DNA of 56,698 nucleotides from Octopus bimaculoides (lineage: Eukaryota). The translations under genes were made by a program, and so were the position numbers. Location of the stretch: NCBI RefSeq assembly GCF_001194135.2, contig NC_068986.1, positions 18,132,504 to 18,189,201 of the forward strand. Reading direction: 5' to 3'. Below the pieces are notes generated by a model. That model ran no database searches. It saw only the letters and a list, made by a program, of their open reading frames with translations, and had not been told where the DNA came from. The first letter of the stretch is position 1, and each line of letters begins with the position of its first letter. Below are positions 14,201 to 25,629 of the stretch, piece after piece.

Positions 14201-14522
14201 CAGAGAGTTTAATATCCCAAAGACTACCTAATGTTACTGCCACAAGTATCGTTAAATACATTTCCATTTATGATTGACGGATGTTTGACGTAGACAGAAA
14301 TAAATCGTAATACACATGTGCTTCTAGAAAATTCCGGTTTCGCTAAATTTGTATACGTTATTTTCTGTAGAAACTTTCAGAAATGGTATTCGCCAGCTGC
14401 TCGATTGATAATACGCTCTCTCTCTTACAATTGAAAGTATCATAGATAACTTTGTTTCCGTACAAATTAGAAAACCATATACAGAATCCATATATAAGCC
14501 AATGCAATATATTTCATCACAA

Positions 14523-15142
14523 AGGCGGCGAGGTGACAGAAACGTTAGGACGTCGGGCGAAATGTTTAGCGGTATTTTGTCTAACGCTGCGTTCTGAGTT
14601 CAAATTCCGCCGAGGTCGACTTTGCCTTTCATCCTTTCGGGGTCGATAAATTAAGTACCAGTTACGCACTGGGGTCGATGTAATCGACTTAATCCGTTCG
14701 TCTGTTCTTGTTTGTTCCCTCTATGTTTAGCCCCTTGCGGGCAATAACGAAATAGGTATTTCGTCCGCCGCTGCGTTCTGAGTTCAAATTCCGCTGAGGC
14801 CGACTTTGCCTTTCATCGTTTCGGGGTCGATTAAATAAGTACCAGTTACGCACTGGGGTCGATATAATCGACTTAATCCGTGTGTCTGTCCTTGTTTGTC
14901 CCCTCTGTGTGTAGCACCTTCCGGGCGGTAAAGAAATAAGAAACGTAACGTTAGCACGCCGCGCGAAATGCTTAACGGTATTTCGTTTGTCTTTACGTTC
15001 TGAGTTCAAATTCCATCGAGGTCGACTTTGCCTTTCATCATTCCGGGGGTCGATAAATTAAGTATCAGTTGCATACTGAGGTCGATGTAATCGACTGGAA
15101 CCCTTCCGCAAACATTCTGGCCTTGTACTCAGAATCGAAAAG
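14523..15142 (+). mobile_element. Head-to-tail trimer of tRNA-derived SINE family A inside one 17-bp TSD
   Basis: Three units (about 14523-14755, 14756-14940, 14941-15142) share gttctgagttcaaattcc..gactttgcctttcatc..ggggtcgat..aagta; TSD AATATATTTCATCACAA at 14506-14522 and 15143-15159. Confidence 0.92.
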
Positions 15143-15271
15143 AATATATTTCATCACAAGTTTCACTTGCCACTTACGCTAATGTGACTTACAAACCCCT
15201 CGCCTTCCCTTCCACAAACTATTTATCCCCGTTTTATTTTGAGTCTAGTCGTTTAGTACTTTCATTTGAAG

Positions 15272-15400
15272 TATGTATAAAGATTCATATAATAAAGCAG
15301 CTGCATGGATTTTTGATCTAACTGTATCTTTAATGCCAGTTTATCACGCCTATGATTCAAAGCAATGTCATCATTGCTGGAAAGTACCATTGCTTGATAC
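15272..15400 (+). CDS. Candidate 129-nt exon (MYKDSYNKAAAWIFDLTVSLMPVYHAYDSKQCHHCWKVPLLD), phase 2 to 2
   Basis: Acceptor tactttcatttgaAG, donor GTATGT, 42 open codons. No confident homology. Confidence 0.3.
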
Positions 15401-16752
15401 GTATGTAAACCAATAGGATTTAGGGCAAATATATATTCTTTCACAGGGTAGCACTCGGCATGAGGGAGAAATGTTCTCTACAGCAACTGCAACAACGTTG
15501 CTTTTAGAAGTAGTGAGCTGTTACTAGCAATTTTTTATAGCTAATTTAAAGTTCGCATACGCCCAAATACTACCACTACTTGCAGATTATACAACTGAAT
15601 TTCTCCCGACCTAGTGGTTCAATAATGCTACTCAGTGAATGTTGTTGTCTGTGTTTTAGTTAAAGCTACGGTTCTAGATATACACAGAGTTACCTATCTT
15701 CGGGATTTCCCATTGATACGACTAAAGAGCTAGAAACACTGCGTCTGGGAATCCGACACACAGCAATATTGGGCAGAGATGATGTTATTACATCATTTAC
15801 CATAAGAGATAATTTTCTTCCGCTGTGATTGCAGTAAATTTGCCTTTAGAAGTGGAAATATGTCACAACAACATTTTGAGTCACCTAAATTTCAACATAT
15901 TTATTGTTCAACTGATCTATTTATATTTCATTTCCTAGCACTGACTTCGGTTCCACTAAATAAAGGCATAATTATTTATGCAAATATTTAAGCGTTACTG
16001 ATATTGTAAATGATATTTCATGGTTGAAAGTCTTTTTGCTATGATATTTGTTTTCTGAAAATCATGGCATCTTGAATATTTAGAGAAAATATGTCTGCGA
16101 TACAAATTGAGTACGTATGCTTTACTTCTTATTGCTGAACAAGGCATTTCGAATTATTAAATTTCTGTGGGGTTATGAATACCTGTAACTGTGCATGCGT
16201 GCGTGAATGGCTTTGCATCAAGGTGTGTTTATATCTATGAATCATGTCTGAGTGTCTGTGTGTATAAATGAATATATGTCCACTTTTCAGTTAGATATGT
16301 ATATCTACGTGTGGTAAAGTCTAGCTAATTCATTCGGCTGTTTTCGGCTTGAACCTTGACAATGCGCTTTGAATTACATGTGTTTACCTTTAATTTTCTA
16401 TAATACTGTTTCTTTTGGAATTACAATTACATAGTGAAATATGTATGATATAAATACATTTTTTTCTGTTAAAAGGGATTAATTGGTGTGTGCATGGGTT
16501 GATTACGTTAATTCTTTGTGGGTGCATGTGATAATTTGAAATTTGACAAATATTCATATATGATAGTGTCCATTCTAGTATTTCTCGTTGCATATCTTCC
16601 TTTAATTTGTATGCGTTTAATTACAACTGGCATCGGTACAGTGCAACAGTGTTAGTTTGGACATGTTTTGGTGTATGTACAAAGGTGTATATGTTTTTTC
16701 TGAGAATCTGTAGAAACGCTGATGAATAAACACACAAACGCACTCACATATG

Positions 16753-16785
<33 letters not shown>

Positions 16786-17527
16786 GTATATATATATANN
16801 NNNNNNNNNNNNNNNNNNNNNNNNNNNNNNNNNNNNNNNNNNNNNNNNNNNNNNNNNNNNNNNNNNNNNNNNNNNNNNNNNNNNNNNNNNNNNNNNNNNN
16901 NNNNNNNNNNNNNNNNNNNNNNNNNNNNNNNNNNNNNNNNNNNNNNNNNNNNNNNNNNNNNNNNNNNNNNNNNNNNNNNNNNNNNNNNNNNNNNNNNNNN
17001 NNNNNNNNNNNNNNNNNNNNNNNNNNNNNNNNNNNNNNNNNNNATATATATATATATATATATATATATGCAAGCCTTTGTGTGTATTTTAAGGTTTTGC
17101 CAGAGGAATTCCCCTAAGCACAGCGTAACTTTTGCACGAGTTTTCATGTTAGTGCCTTACATCCACAGATCATCAGTTATCAAAGCCTATATTTATTTTA
17201 TTTTCCCCTTACTATCCTCCTTCTTTGATGTGTTTTGCCGTTGTCTCTTAGTTTTGGTTGCCAACTGTTTAACACGTACCATGGACATTGATGCATGACA
17301 ATGCAGAATCTTTGTTGTATCATGTTAATGTAAAATCAATAATTCTATAGTTATCCCAGTGCCAATGGAATTTAGTTTTGTCATAGTGCGCATACAGGTA
17401 CTGGATGCAGAAAGGAAAACCAGTTACATTTAGAAATGAACTAGTGAGGGATTTCTGTGTTGGGTTCAAAAGTAAAAATAATCGTCAAATATCACTGAAA
17501 TCAGAAATAACTGAATCCGGAAGATAT

Positions 17528-17715
17528 TACATTTCTCTATTTCATATATGAGGAATTATGTACATTATTTACATTATTTACTTTATTTACATTTGACATC
17601 TTGCTTATTGCTAATACAACGTTTCGGCTGATTTACCCACCAGCCTTCATTAGGTGTCTTGTTGGAATTTCGAACCGGGGTTCTCTTTCCTAAGGTATTT
17701 TCGAAGTTATTATTT
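17528..17715 (-). mobile_element. Partial composite element: inverted-repeat end + hammerhead + shared segment B, cut at its (ATT)n tract by an R4/Dong-like insertion
   Basis: 17528-17597 is the reverse complement of 50392-50470; 17660-17704 matches 50141-50186 in direct orientation. Confidence 0.7.
17613..17658 (-). ncRNA. Minimal type-I hammerhead motif (G5A, probably inactive copy)
   Basis: Minus strand GACAC-CTAATGA-A-GGCTG-GTGGGTAAAT-CAGCC-GAAA-CG-TT-GTATT: perfect 5-bp stem II, palindromic ACGT stem III, imperfect stem I. Confidence 0.7.
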
Positions 17716-19072
17716 TTTTTTATTTTTCTTCAAATTTTCTTCCATATCTCACCGAATGTTTTCCGTACACCTAGGACAGAGAAGCTCAATGTATACTTTT
17801 ACAGTTTACACACGCAAATTCGCAGGTAAAATATGTATGTAAAAAAATATAAATAAATAAGTTCATGAATGGATGTTGTTTTCACTGCGATAATGCTCTT
17901 CTCGGTACATGAGCCGTTCCAGTTAACACAATTTTTTCGCACTTCCTTTTGGGATGGTAAGCCTGGTATCATTTTCAAATAGGTTTCAGTACCTCTTTTT
18001 AATCATTCCTGGAGATCCTACAATCACTGGAACGGTTGTCGCCTTATGATGCCACATTTTTTGAAGTTTCTATTAGCAAGTCTTTATATTTACTGATCCT
18101 GTCAAATTCTTTCGCTGCTATATTGTGATCGCAAGGAATACTCATGTAAATTAATAAACACATCTTTTTTGTCTGATCTTTTATAATAATATCCGGTTTA
18201 TTGGCTTTTATAGTTTTGTGGGTATGTACGGGGAAGTCCCAGAGAATGGACACATTTCTCATTCAGTCACAGCTTCAGGATAGTGTTTATACCATTTGTC
18301 TGCGGTTTTGATTTTATAATGCCGACGTATTGTCTAGTGTAAATACTGGCCGACTCTGTCATTTTTCTTGCTTTATATTCTACAGGTGCTAAGCCTCACT
18401 CCCTGAGAACAGGTGGTCTATAATTTCAATCTACAATTTACAGAATCGGCATTGTGGGTCAGCTCCATTTTTTTATCACATTGGCTTGGTAGTTCCGGGT
18501 TAATAAGCTTTGGTCTTGAGCAGCTAATATGCAATCTTCACTCTCTGCTTTTAGTCATGAGCTCCGTAACAACTGATGCGTGTGTTTTTGGTCGACATCA
18601 GCTTCTTTGCTTCGGGCCACATACTTGCCATGCGGAGGTTTCTGTTCCCATCTGCTAGCTAAGTTTTCACGTGTTTTTGTCTTGGCAATTAATTTGTTTT
18701 TCTTTGCAGTAGCAGTTGGCGCATTTTCTTCAACCTGATCAATCTGGTATGCATCTAGAGATTAGTAGAAAATTTTTTGCTCTCTTTCTGAATAGTGTAA
18801 AGTGTTTTCGTTCTTTCATTTTTTCAACAAGATTCAGCATCCAATCGTTGGTTGTTTCTTGGTATTTGGCCAGTCCGATTGTGGTAGTTTTGTACGTAAG
18901 GTGAAGCTGGATCAAGCCTCGACCTCCCTGAGCTCTGGTTAGGTAAATACGATCCACGTCTGCCTTTGGATGGTGCATCTTATTACAGGTCAGTAGCTTG
19001 CGGATTTTTCTATCAATTTTCATTATTTCACTGATATTCCAGTTAAGCACATTGAAGCTAGTGGGATTGCTA
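17716..19072 (-). mobile_element. 5'-truncated R4/Dong-like non-LTR retrotransposon (family 2)
   Basis: IDRKIRKLLTCNKMHHPKADVDRIYLTRAQGGRGL (RT C-terminal region), CRFC..HL zinc-knuckle relic, ILWDFPVHTHKTIKANKPDIIIKDQTKKMCLLI..KEFDRISKYKDL (RLE), 3' UTR and A/TAA tail. Multiple frameshifts. Confidence 0.88.
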
Positions 19073-19074
19073 AG

Positions 19075-19960
19075 GAATTATTATTATTATTATGATTATT
19101 ATTGTCCTTGTGCAGCCTCTAATGCTGAAGATGTACTCTGGTCCCAGCTTTTCATTACCAGTGAACTAATGTAACACCCCTTAAAATTTGAGCACCATCG
19201 ACAGTATTCGAGCGGTTCTAAGCAGTGCTGTTTTCTGCAAGCGCTTCACCCTTATTGCCGTCCATATTTGTTCCATGTACCTCTCAAGAAATGTATTCCC
19301 TATTCCTAGGCCTCCGACAATTATTGGTAATACTACCACCTTTTTTAGTGACCATCCCACTCTAACCTATCGTATCTATCGACTTTCCTTTCTTCCTTAT
19401 CACACACCTTACTGTCAGCTGGGTACGACATATCTATTATCCAGCAGAGTTTGATATCTTTCTCAATTAACACTATGTCTGGTTTCCTATTCTCTATCTC
19501 ATTGAGGTACTGAATCATGAAATCTCATAGGATTTTTACGTTATCATTCCCGATGATGCCTTCGGTTTTATGTTCGTACCATTTTTTTGCTCTGTCAAGC
19601 TCATACGCCTTGCAAAGTGTCCAACTATAATCCTTGCTATATTGTCATGACGTCTCTTATATTCTTTCTCGGTTAGGATTGTACATTGACTGGTAATGTG
19701 CCATAGGGTTTCACCATTTTGTCCACAGATTCTGCAATTATTACTATGTTGTATATTCTGTATCTGATGTAATTCGTTCTTAGTGCTTGTTCTTGCGTAG
19801 AACAGATTAGAGCCGCCGTTTCCGGTTTTAGTCATCCATAGCCAACTTTTTTCTGTGCTTGTCTATCTTATCGTCAACATCCCTATGAAATTGTCCTTGC
19901 ATTGTTCTCTTTATCCACATACTTTCAGTATCATTCATTTTCAACGCCTTCTGCATGTTT
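19075..19960 (-). mobile_element. 5'-truncated R4/Dong-like element (family 1), in tandem with the family 2 copy
   Basis: CRICGQNGETLWHITSQCTILTEKEYKRRHDNIARI (CCHC knuckle); homologous to 7560-8402; (TAA)n tail at 19075-19102. Confidence 0.88.
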
Positions 19961-20090
19961 GTTACAATCACTTGTCGAGACACACCCAGTGTCCTAGGGC
20001 GAATGAAGGATATGAGATGTTACAGTGTGCTTGAAAGGTTGGGTAGGACTAGTGGCAGGGGCAGTAGCGAAATATCTTCGATTATTATTT

Positions 20091-20305
20091 AAGGTGGTCA
20101 GCTCGCAGAAATGTTCTTAGGCCGGGTGAAATGCTTGACGTTATATTGTCTGCTGCTATATTCTCAATTCAAATTCCCCCGAGGTCGACGTAGCATATCA
20201 TCCTTCAGGGGGTGTTAAATTAGGTACCTGCGAAACACTGGGTTCGATGTAATCGGCTTGTCCCTCTCTCCGAAAACTTCATACCTTGTGCCTTAGTCAC
20301 AAAGG
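20091..20305 (+). mobile_element. SINE family A copy (diverged)
   Basis: ttcaaattcccccgaggtcgac..catccttcagggg..taggtacc..ctgggttcgatgtaatcggc; the tail runs into (ATT)n. Confidence 0.8.
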
Positions 20306-20316
20306 ATTATTATTAC

Positions 20317-20406
<90 letters not shown>

Positions 20407-20407
20407 C

Positions 20408-20482
<75 letters not shown>

Positions 20483-20500
20483 TTAGTAGTTTTAGTAGTA
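20306..20500. repeat. Compound microsatellite (ATT)n(AGT)n
   Basis: Directly visible. Confidence 0.95.
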
Positions 20501-20970
20501 ATGGTATTGTGTTTATATATTCTCTTTACACTTGTATGTATGAAAAGCAAGCATTTTTGAAAGGTGTCTGTGTTTTCAGGGTGTTAGAAGGGTGAGTAAG
20601 AATACGAAATCAAGAATGCTCTGAAATTCGTATCTTGCCAATAAGAATATTTGTCTTTATTATATCCCCGACAATGTCTACAAATGTAAATCATTCTCCT
20701 GTTGAAACTAGCAATGAGATTGACAGCATAGTTTCAGTCGAAATCCAGCTTTGGCTTTAAAGTATTATAACGGTTTTTCGGTAAATCTTAAGGATTTTAA
20801 TGGTGTTAACATTCTTCGCAATTTGCCTTGTATTAATTCCAATTTTGCCTAAGATAAGGCATGTGACTTCGACACTAACTATTGTAATGCACATATTGTT
20901 GTTACTAATACGAATTTATACGATGCATATTTAAATTTTGCGATCAGTTCGTGTTGTAAATCCATCATAG

Positions 20971-21133
20971 ATGCAGGAGTGGGTGCGTGGTAATTGCATT
21001 ACTTACCAACCACAAGATTACGGGTTAAGTTCCACTTTGTGGCACCTTCGGCAAGAGTCTACTACTATAACCTGGGACCGACCAAAGCTTTGTGAGTGGA
21101 TTTAGTAGACGAAAACTGAAAGAAACCCGTCGA

Positions 21134-21176
<43 letters not shown>

Positions 21177-21404
21177 GCGCGTGTGTGTGAATGTCTGTGT
21201 TTGTCCCCATAACACCGTTTGATAACTGATGTTGGTGTGTTTACGTCACTGTAACTTACCACTTCTTCAAAAGTTAAAAAGAGACCGATAGAATAAGTAC
21301 TAGGCTTACAAAGAACAAGTTCTGGGGTCTATTTGCTCGACAAAAGGCGGTGCTCCTGCATGGCCGCAGTGAAGTGACTGAAACAAATACAAGATTAAAA
21401 GAAT
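20971..21404 (+). mobile_element. tRNA/CORE-like SINE with internal (TA)n(TG)n microsatellite (family C), full length
   Basis: Head, ggcaccttcggcaagagtctactactata, gaaacccgtcg-(TA)n, and tail ctggggtctatttgctcgac..ggcggtgctcctgcatggccgcag. Confidence 0.88.
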
Positions 21405-22816
21405 ATTCTAGGTGTGTATTGCACAAACAATTTATTTTATGTATATATTAGTTAAAATGTTTCTTGGGAAATGTAAATGAATTACATTTCCTCTTAATGG
21501 ATATATTTTAAGATACATAGAAGGCCTTTATCGTGGGGCACAGTTATCTATTATATTTTCTGTTTCTTGTTTCAATTATTTGATTGTATCCATTACTGGG
21601 GCAATGCTCTGTAGAATTTTTACTCGAACGAATCACCCTCGGTAAATATATTTACGCCTGGTATTTATTCTAGCAGTCTCCTTTCCCGAACTGCAGACTT
21701 ACGGGGACAGAAAGAACAGTTATCAAGAGATAGATGCATACACACACACACAGCATACCTATACACATGTAACATACACATAGACATAGACAAACATACA
21801 TACTCCACACACACACACATATATAAGTAAAAAAAATATGTACAGGTGTCAATGCATTACGGCCGCTGCTACTCGTTTATATTTTATTCAGTTACCTTGG
21901 AATGTGCACTTCGAAAATACTCTAGAAAGTACCTTTATAAAATGTCCGTATCTAAATTACCATGAGCGGATATCTTCACTTAGATGAGGCGCATTCTCTG
22001 CACACATGGCAGGGATATCAGGTACAAACACCCCTGCTCGTAATCTTGATATTCAATATTTAGCTAAAATTGCTTGTTTGTGCAGATAATGCCGACCTAG
22101 TAAGGTGCCTCGATTTAAGTACCTCATTGAATGGAATATTAATTATATTTTGTGTGTATCTATGTATATATATATATATATATATNNNNNNNNNNNNNNN
22201 NNNNNNNNNNNNNNNNNNNNNNNNNNNNNNNNNNNNNNNNNNNNNNNNNNNNNNNNNNNNNNNNNNNNNNNNNNNNNNNNNNNNNNNNNNNNNNNNNNNN
22301 NNNNNNNNNNNNNNNNNNNNNNNNNNNNNNNNNNNNNNNNNNNNNNNNNNNNNNNNNNNNNNNNNNNNNNNNNNNNNNNNNNNNNNNNNNNNNNNNNNNN
22401 NNNNNNNNNNNNNNNNNNNNNNNNNNNNNNNNNNNNNNNNNNNNNNNNNNNNNNNNNNNNNNNNNNNNNNNNNNNNNNNNNNNNNNNNNNNNNNNNNNNN
22501 NNNNNNNNNNNNNNNNNNNNNNNNNNNNNNNNNNNNNNNNNNNNNNNNNNNNNNNNNNNNNNNNNNNNNNNNNNNNNNNNNNNNNNNNNNNNNNNNNNNN
22601 NNNNNNNNNNNNNNNNNNNNNNNNNNNNNNNNNNNNNNNNNNNNNNNNNNNNNNNNNNNNNNNNNNNNNNNNNNNNNNNNNNNNNNNNNNNNNNNNNNNN
22701 NNNNNNNNNNNNNNNNNNNNNNNNNNNNNNNNNNNNNNNNNNNNNNNNNNNNNNNNNNNNNNNNNNNNNNNNNNNNNNNNNNNNNNNNNNNNNNNNNATA
22801 TAGGTTGAAGTAGTGA

Positions 22817-22930
22817 TGAAAGAAGCAAACCAAACAATTAGTCAAGGCAAGACTAGGAGATGTGATTTCATTTAGTTAAATGAAATCATATATCTTTGTA
22901 CTGCCTTGACTAATTGTTTGTCTTTCTTCA
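22817..22930. repeat. About 114-bp imperfect palindrome (hairpin/foldback)
   Basis: CAAACAATTAGTCAAGGCA (22831-22849) pairs with 22902-22920; TGATTTCATTTA (22863-22874) pairs with 22877-22888. Confidence 0.85.
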
Positions 22931-23102
22931 ATATTTTAAACTATAGCTACTGACTCAAAGGGCAACTACAACTAGCCGTTTTTGAACCAGCCATTCACCC
23001 AACCACAATTTCAATCGCTGTCTCATACGGATTGAAGCGAAATTTATCAGTGAACCAAAGAGCCAGTACAGAAGAAACCAGAAACAGCCTTCAACAGCAG
23101 AA

Positions 23103-23410
23103 AGACACAAAACCGTTCCAAAAGTAAATAAGAAATATTTAGTGAAATTAACTACGTGTACGGATTTATGTGAAATTCATGAAGTTACATCTGTTAGTAC
23201 TTCTGGATCAGAATTGAAAGCTGCTTCATAGACGTTTCTTCTCTGAACTGTTGCAACTGACCTTCGTTCTGCAGTGGAATTTACTTTTATCAGTAATTCC
23301 CTCAACAAGAAATAAACACAAAACGTTGCAAAAGTAAAGAAGAAATGTGTAGGCAAAGTTAGCGAAGTGTACGGATTGAAGTAAAATTTATGAAGTTAAT
23401 TCTGTCAGTG
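23103..23410. repeat. Diverged tandem duplication, period about 213 bp
   Basis: acacaaaac.gtt.caaaagtaaa.aagaaat...gtgtacggatt..gt.aaatt.atgaagtta..tctgt.agt occurs at about 23103 and 23316. Confidence 0.7.
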
Positions 23411-24277
23411 AATTATGTATTAAATTAATTTGCGCAGTAATTATGAAATTCTTTCTGTCAGTAATTTGTCATTGTTGTTTGTAAATTTCGATTGGAAACT
23501 TATAGTGAAAACAATAGCGATTGAACTTAAAGTCTAAAACATAGTGTCTGAAAAATTAAAGTGAAAACGATACAGAGAGTGAGATATAGAGAAAGAGGGA
23601 GAGAGAGAGCTAGCTTGTTAGACAAATAAGATAGGTAGAGATAGATACAATATAGACAGGTAGATACAGAGACATGGATAGATAGAGATATAGTGATGGA
23701 TAGAGAGATGTAGATAGAGATATGGAGAGATAGAGATAAATAGGGAGAGATGTTTAGAGATATACAGATAGAGAGATATAGACGTCACTGACGCTAGAAA
23801 GCAGAACATAAATATATATTTTTTTTAATTGCAAAGACGTGAATCTAATTTAAAAAGCAATAATTTATTTTTATGACCAATGGCTATAATGGAGACAATC
23901 GATTTCTGAAAGTTACTTCGAAACCTAGGAACGGGTTACCAAGAAACCCAGGACGGGTGTCTTCTGCCGCCAGGGGTCCAATTACATTATGTGAAAAATG
24001 TTAAAAATATAAAACCACCCTAGGGACATAAGTAGTGTATTTTCTCAGTTTGGAGAAGATCAGTTGAAAAATACGGCTGTTTTAATCTTTAATACACACA
24101 AACACACACACAGAACGGGATTTATATTATAGACTATGTTATTATACGTCATTATATATTATTTATATATATTCTGTATATAATTATTACATATGTGCGT
24201 ATGTGTGTGTTAGCGAGATTATATTTGCTAGTGAGTTTGCATGAGTGTACGTATATAAATATGTCTCCGGTAAACAG

Positions 24278-24370
24278 TTTGGACGAAGGCTAGCAGTACA
24301 AAACTTCCAAGTCAGTGGCACCAATCTTATAGTGAAGTTGTGATCAATATACCCTCTAGTTTAGTTCTAG
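24278..24370 (+). CDS. Candidate 93-nt exon (WTKASSTKLPSQWHQSYSEVVINIPSSLVL), phase 1 to 1
   Basis: AG acceptor, donor AG/GTAAGC, only one open frame. Confidence 0.35.
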
Positions 24371-24520
24371 GTAAGCCTTAAATTTTATGTAAAATTGGTT
24401 GTATTGTAATTCGACTTAAAGCAACACATATTACCCTAAATAATATTCGTACACACATACACACACCGACACACACCCACCCACACATATATCTATATCT
24501 ATATATATATATATATATAT

Positions 24521-24571
<51 letters not shown>

Positions 24572-24892
24572 GGTAGATATGCATATATATATATATATAT
24601 ATATANNNNNNNNNNNNNNNNNNNNNNNNNNNNTGTATAAGCATATTATGCATTATTGTTTCTTTGTATGTTTGTGCGCTTGTGTGTGTGTGTGTTCGTG
24701 TGTTTTTGCATGTGTATTCGTGTGTTTTTGCATGTGTGTGAGTGTGTGTGTGTGCCCCTGTGTGCGTGTCCGTGCATGTGTCCGTGTGTGTGTGTGTGTG
24801 TGTTTGTGTCCGTGTGATTTATTATCGCTACAGCCATGTAACGTCTATGAATACGTTATGCAGAATGAGAGCAATTTCCTCTCAGTCTTTAG

Positions 24893-25037
24893 CTCCGGGT
24901 TATACGTATCAGCAGTCAGCAGTTTAAAACTGATCGTTCAGCAATTTTAGTGGAACGGGACGCTACTCGTTCTACCTTCGTTGGGTTTCAGTATTTGTCG
25001 TTATTAAAGATTAGTGAGATTTATGATCTGACGTTAC
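24893..25037 (+). CDS. Candidate 145-nt exon ([48 protein letters not shown]), phase 0 to 1; alternative phase-1 acceptor at 24942
   Basis: Acceptor tttcctctcagtctttAG, donor GTAAGT, one open frame, phase-compatible with 25343. Confidence 0.45.
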
Positions 25038-25342
25038 GTAAGTGGACGGCACTTTATGTAGTGTTCGTGCAGTGGTGGGATACAAAATGATGTCAGAAGT
25101 TTTCAGATTTATTATGGGTTTAATGACCTGTTTTACATAAAGTCGAGTTCTTTAGTATTGTTGCTTTCAATCACGCATTCACTTCATGTAAATGGTGTAT
25201 TCTGTTGAATTTCTCATGTGCATTGTATGTGATTTGTAATCGAAATGAAAATTAGTTGTACAAAATGGGTCGCGTGCTGTAAATCCTAGAGATGTTTATG
25301 GACTCCTGTTTATAAATGTAAAAATTCTTTGCGTGATCACAG

Positions 25343-25458
25343 GAATCAATGCCATCGATAGTAACTGGGTCAACATTAAGTTAGTGCATGATCATGTACA
25401 AGGATGCAATTCTGTTTCCATTGCGATAAAATACAATTCCTCATACATTAAATGTGTT
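25343..25458 (+). CDS. Candidate 116-nt exon (INAIDSNWVNIKLVHDHVQGCNSVSIAIKYNSSYIKCV), phase 1 to 0
   Basis: Acceptor attctttgcgtgatcacAG, donor GTAAGA; in frame with the upstream candidate exon. Confidence 0.45.
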
Positions 25459-25620
25459 GTAAGACAGACTGTAAAAATTTTTTTTTTTTTTTACGATTAC
25501 ACTTCCATTCGATATGATAATATATATGTACGTATTTATATAAATAAAATAAAGTATAATATACACCACAACTGTCAGACAAGCGGGAACTCTGATTAAC
25601 ATTTTTGTACTAATTTTCAG

Positions 25621-25629
25621 GTTTCATAA
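25621..25629 (+). CDS. Candidate terminal exon start (VS-stop)
   Basis: Strong acceptor with branch-like tactaat (tttttgtactaattttcAG); phase 0 reading gives GTT TCA TAA. Confidence 0.3.
   Translation, partial: VS

Noticed and set aside
14523-15142. CRISPR-like or satellite interpretation of the tandem units
   Set aside because: The units are full SINE bodies with no repeat-spacer structure; the context is eukaryotic with no cas genes.
15272-15400. Resemblance to the HGSNAT luminal SxxCxHC segment
   Set aside because: Only a few residues match and no HGSNAT transmembrane or catalytic exons were found, so no gene symbol is assigned.
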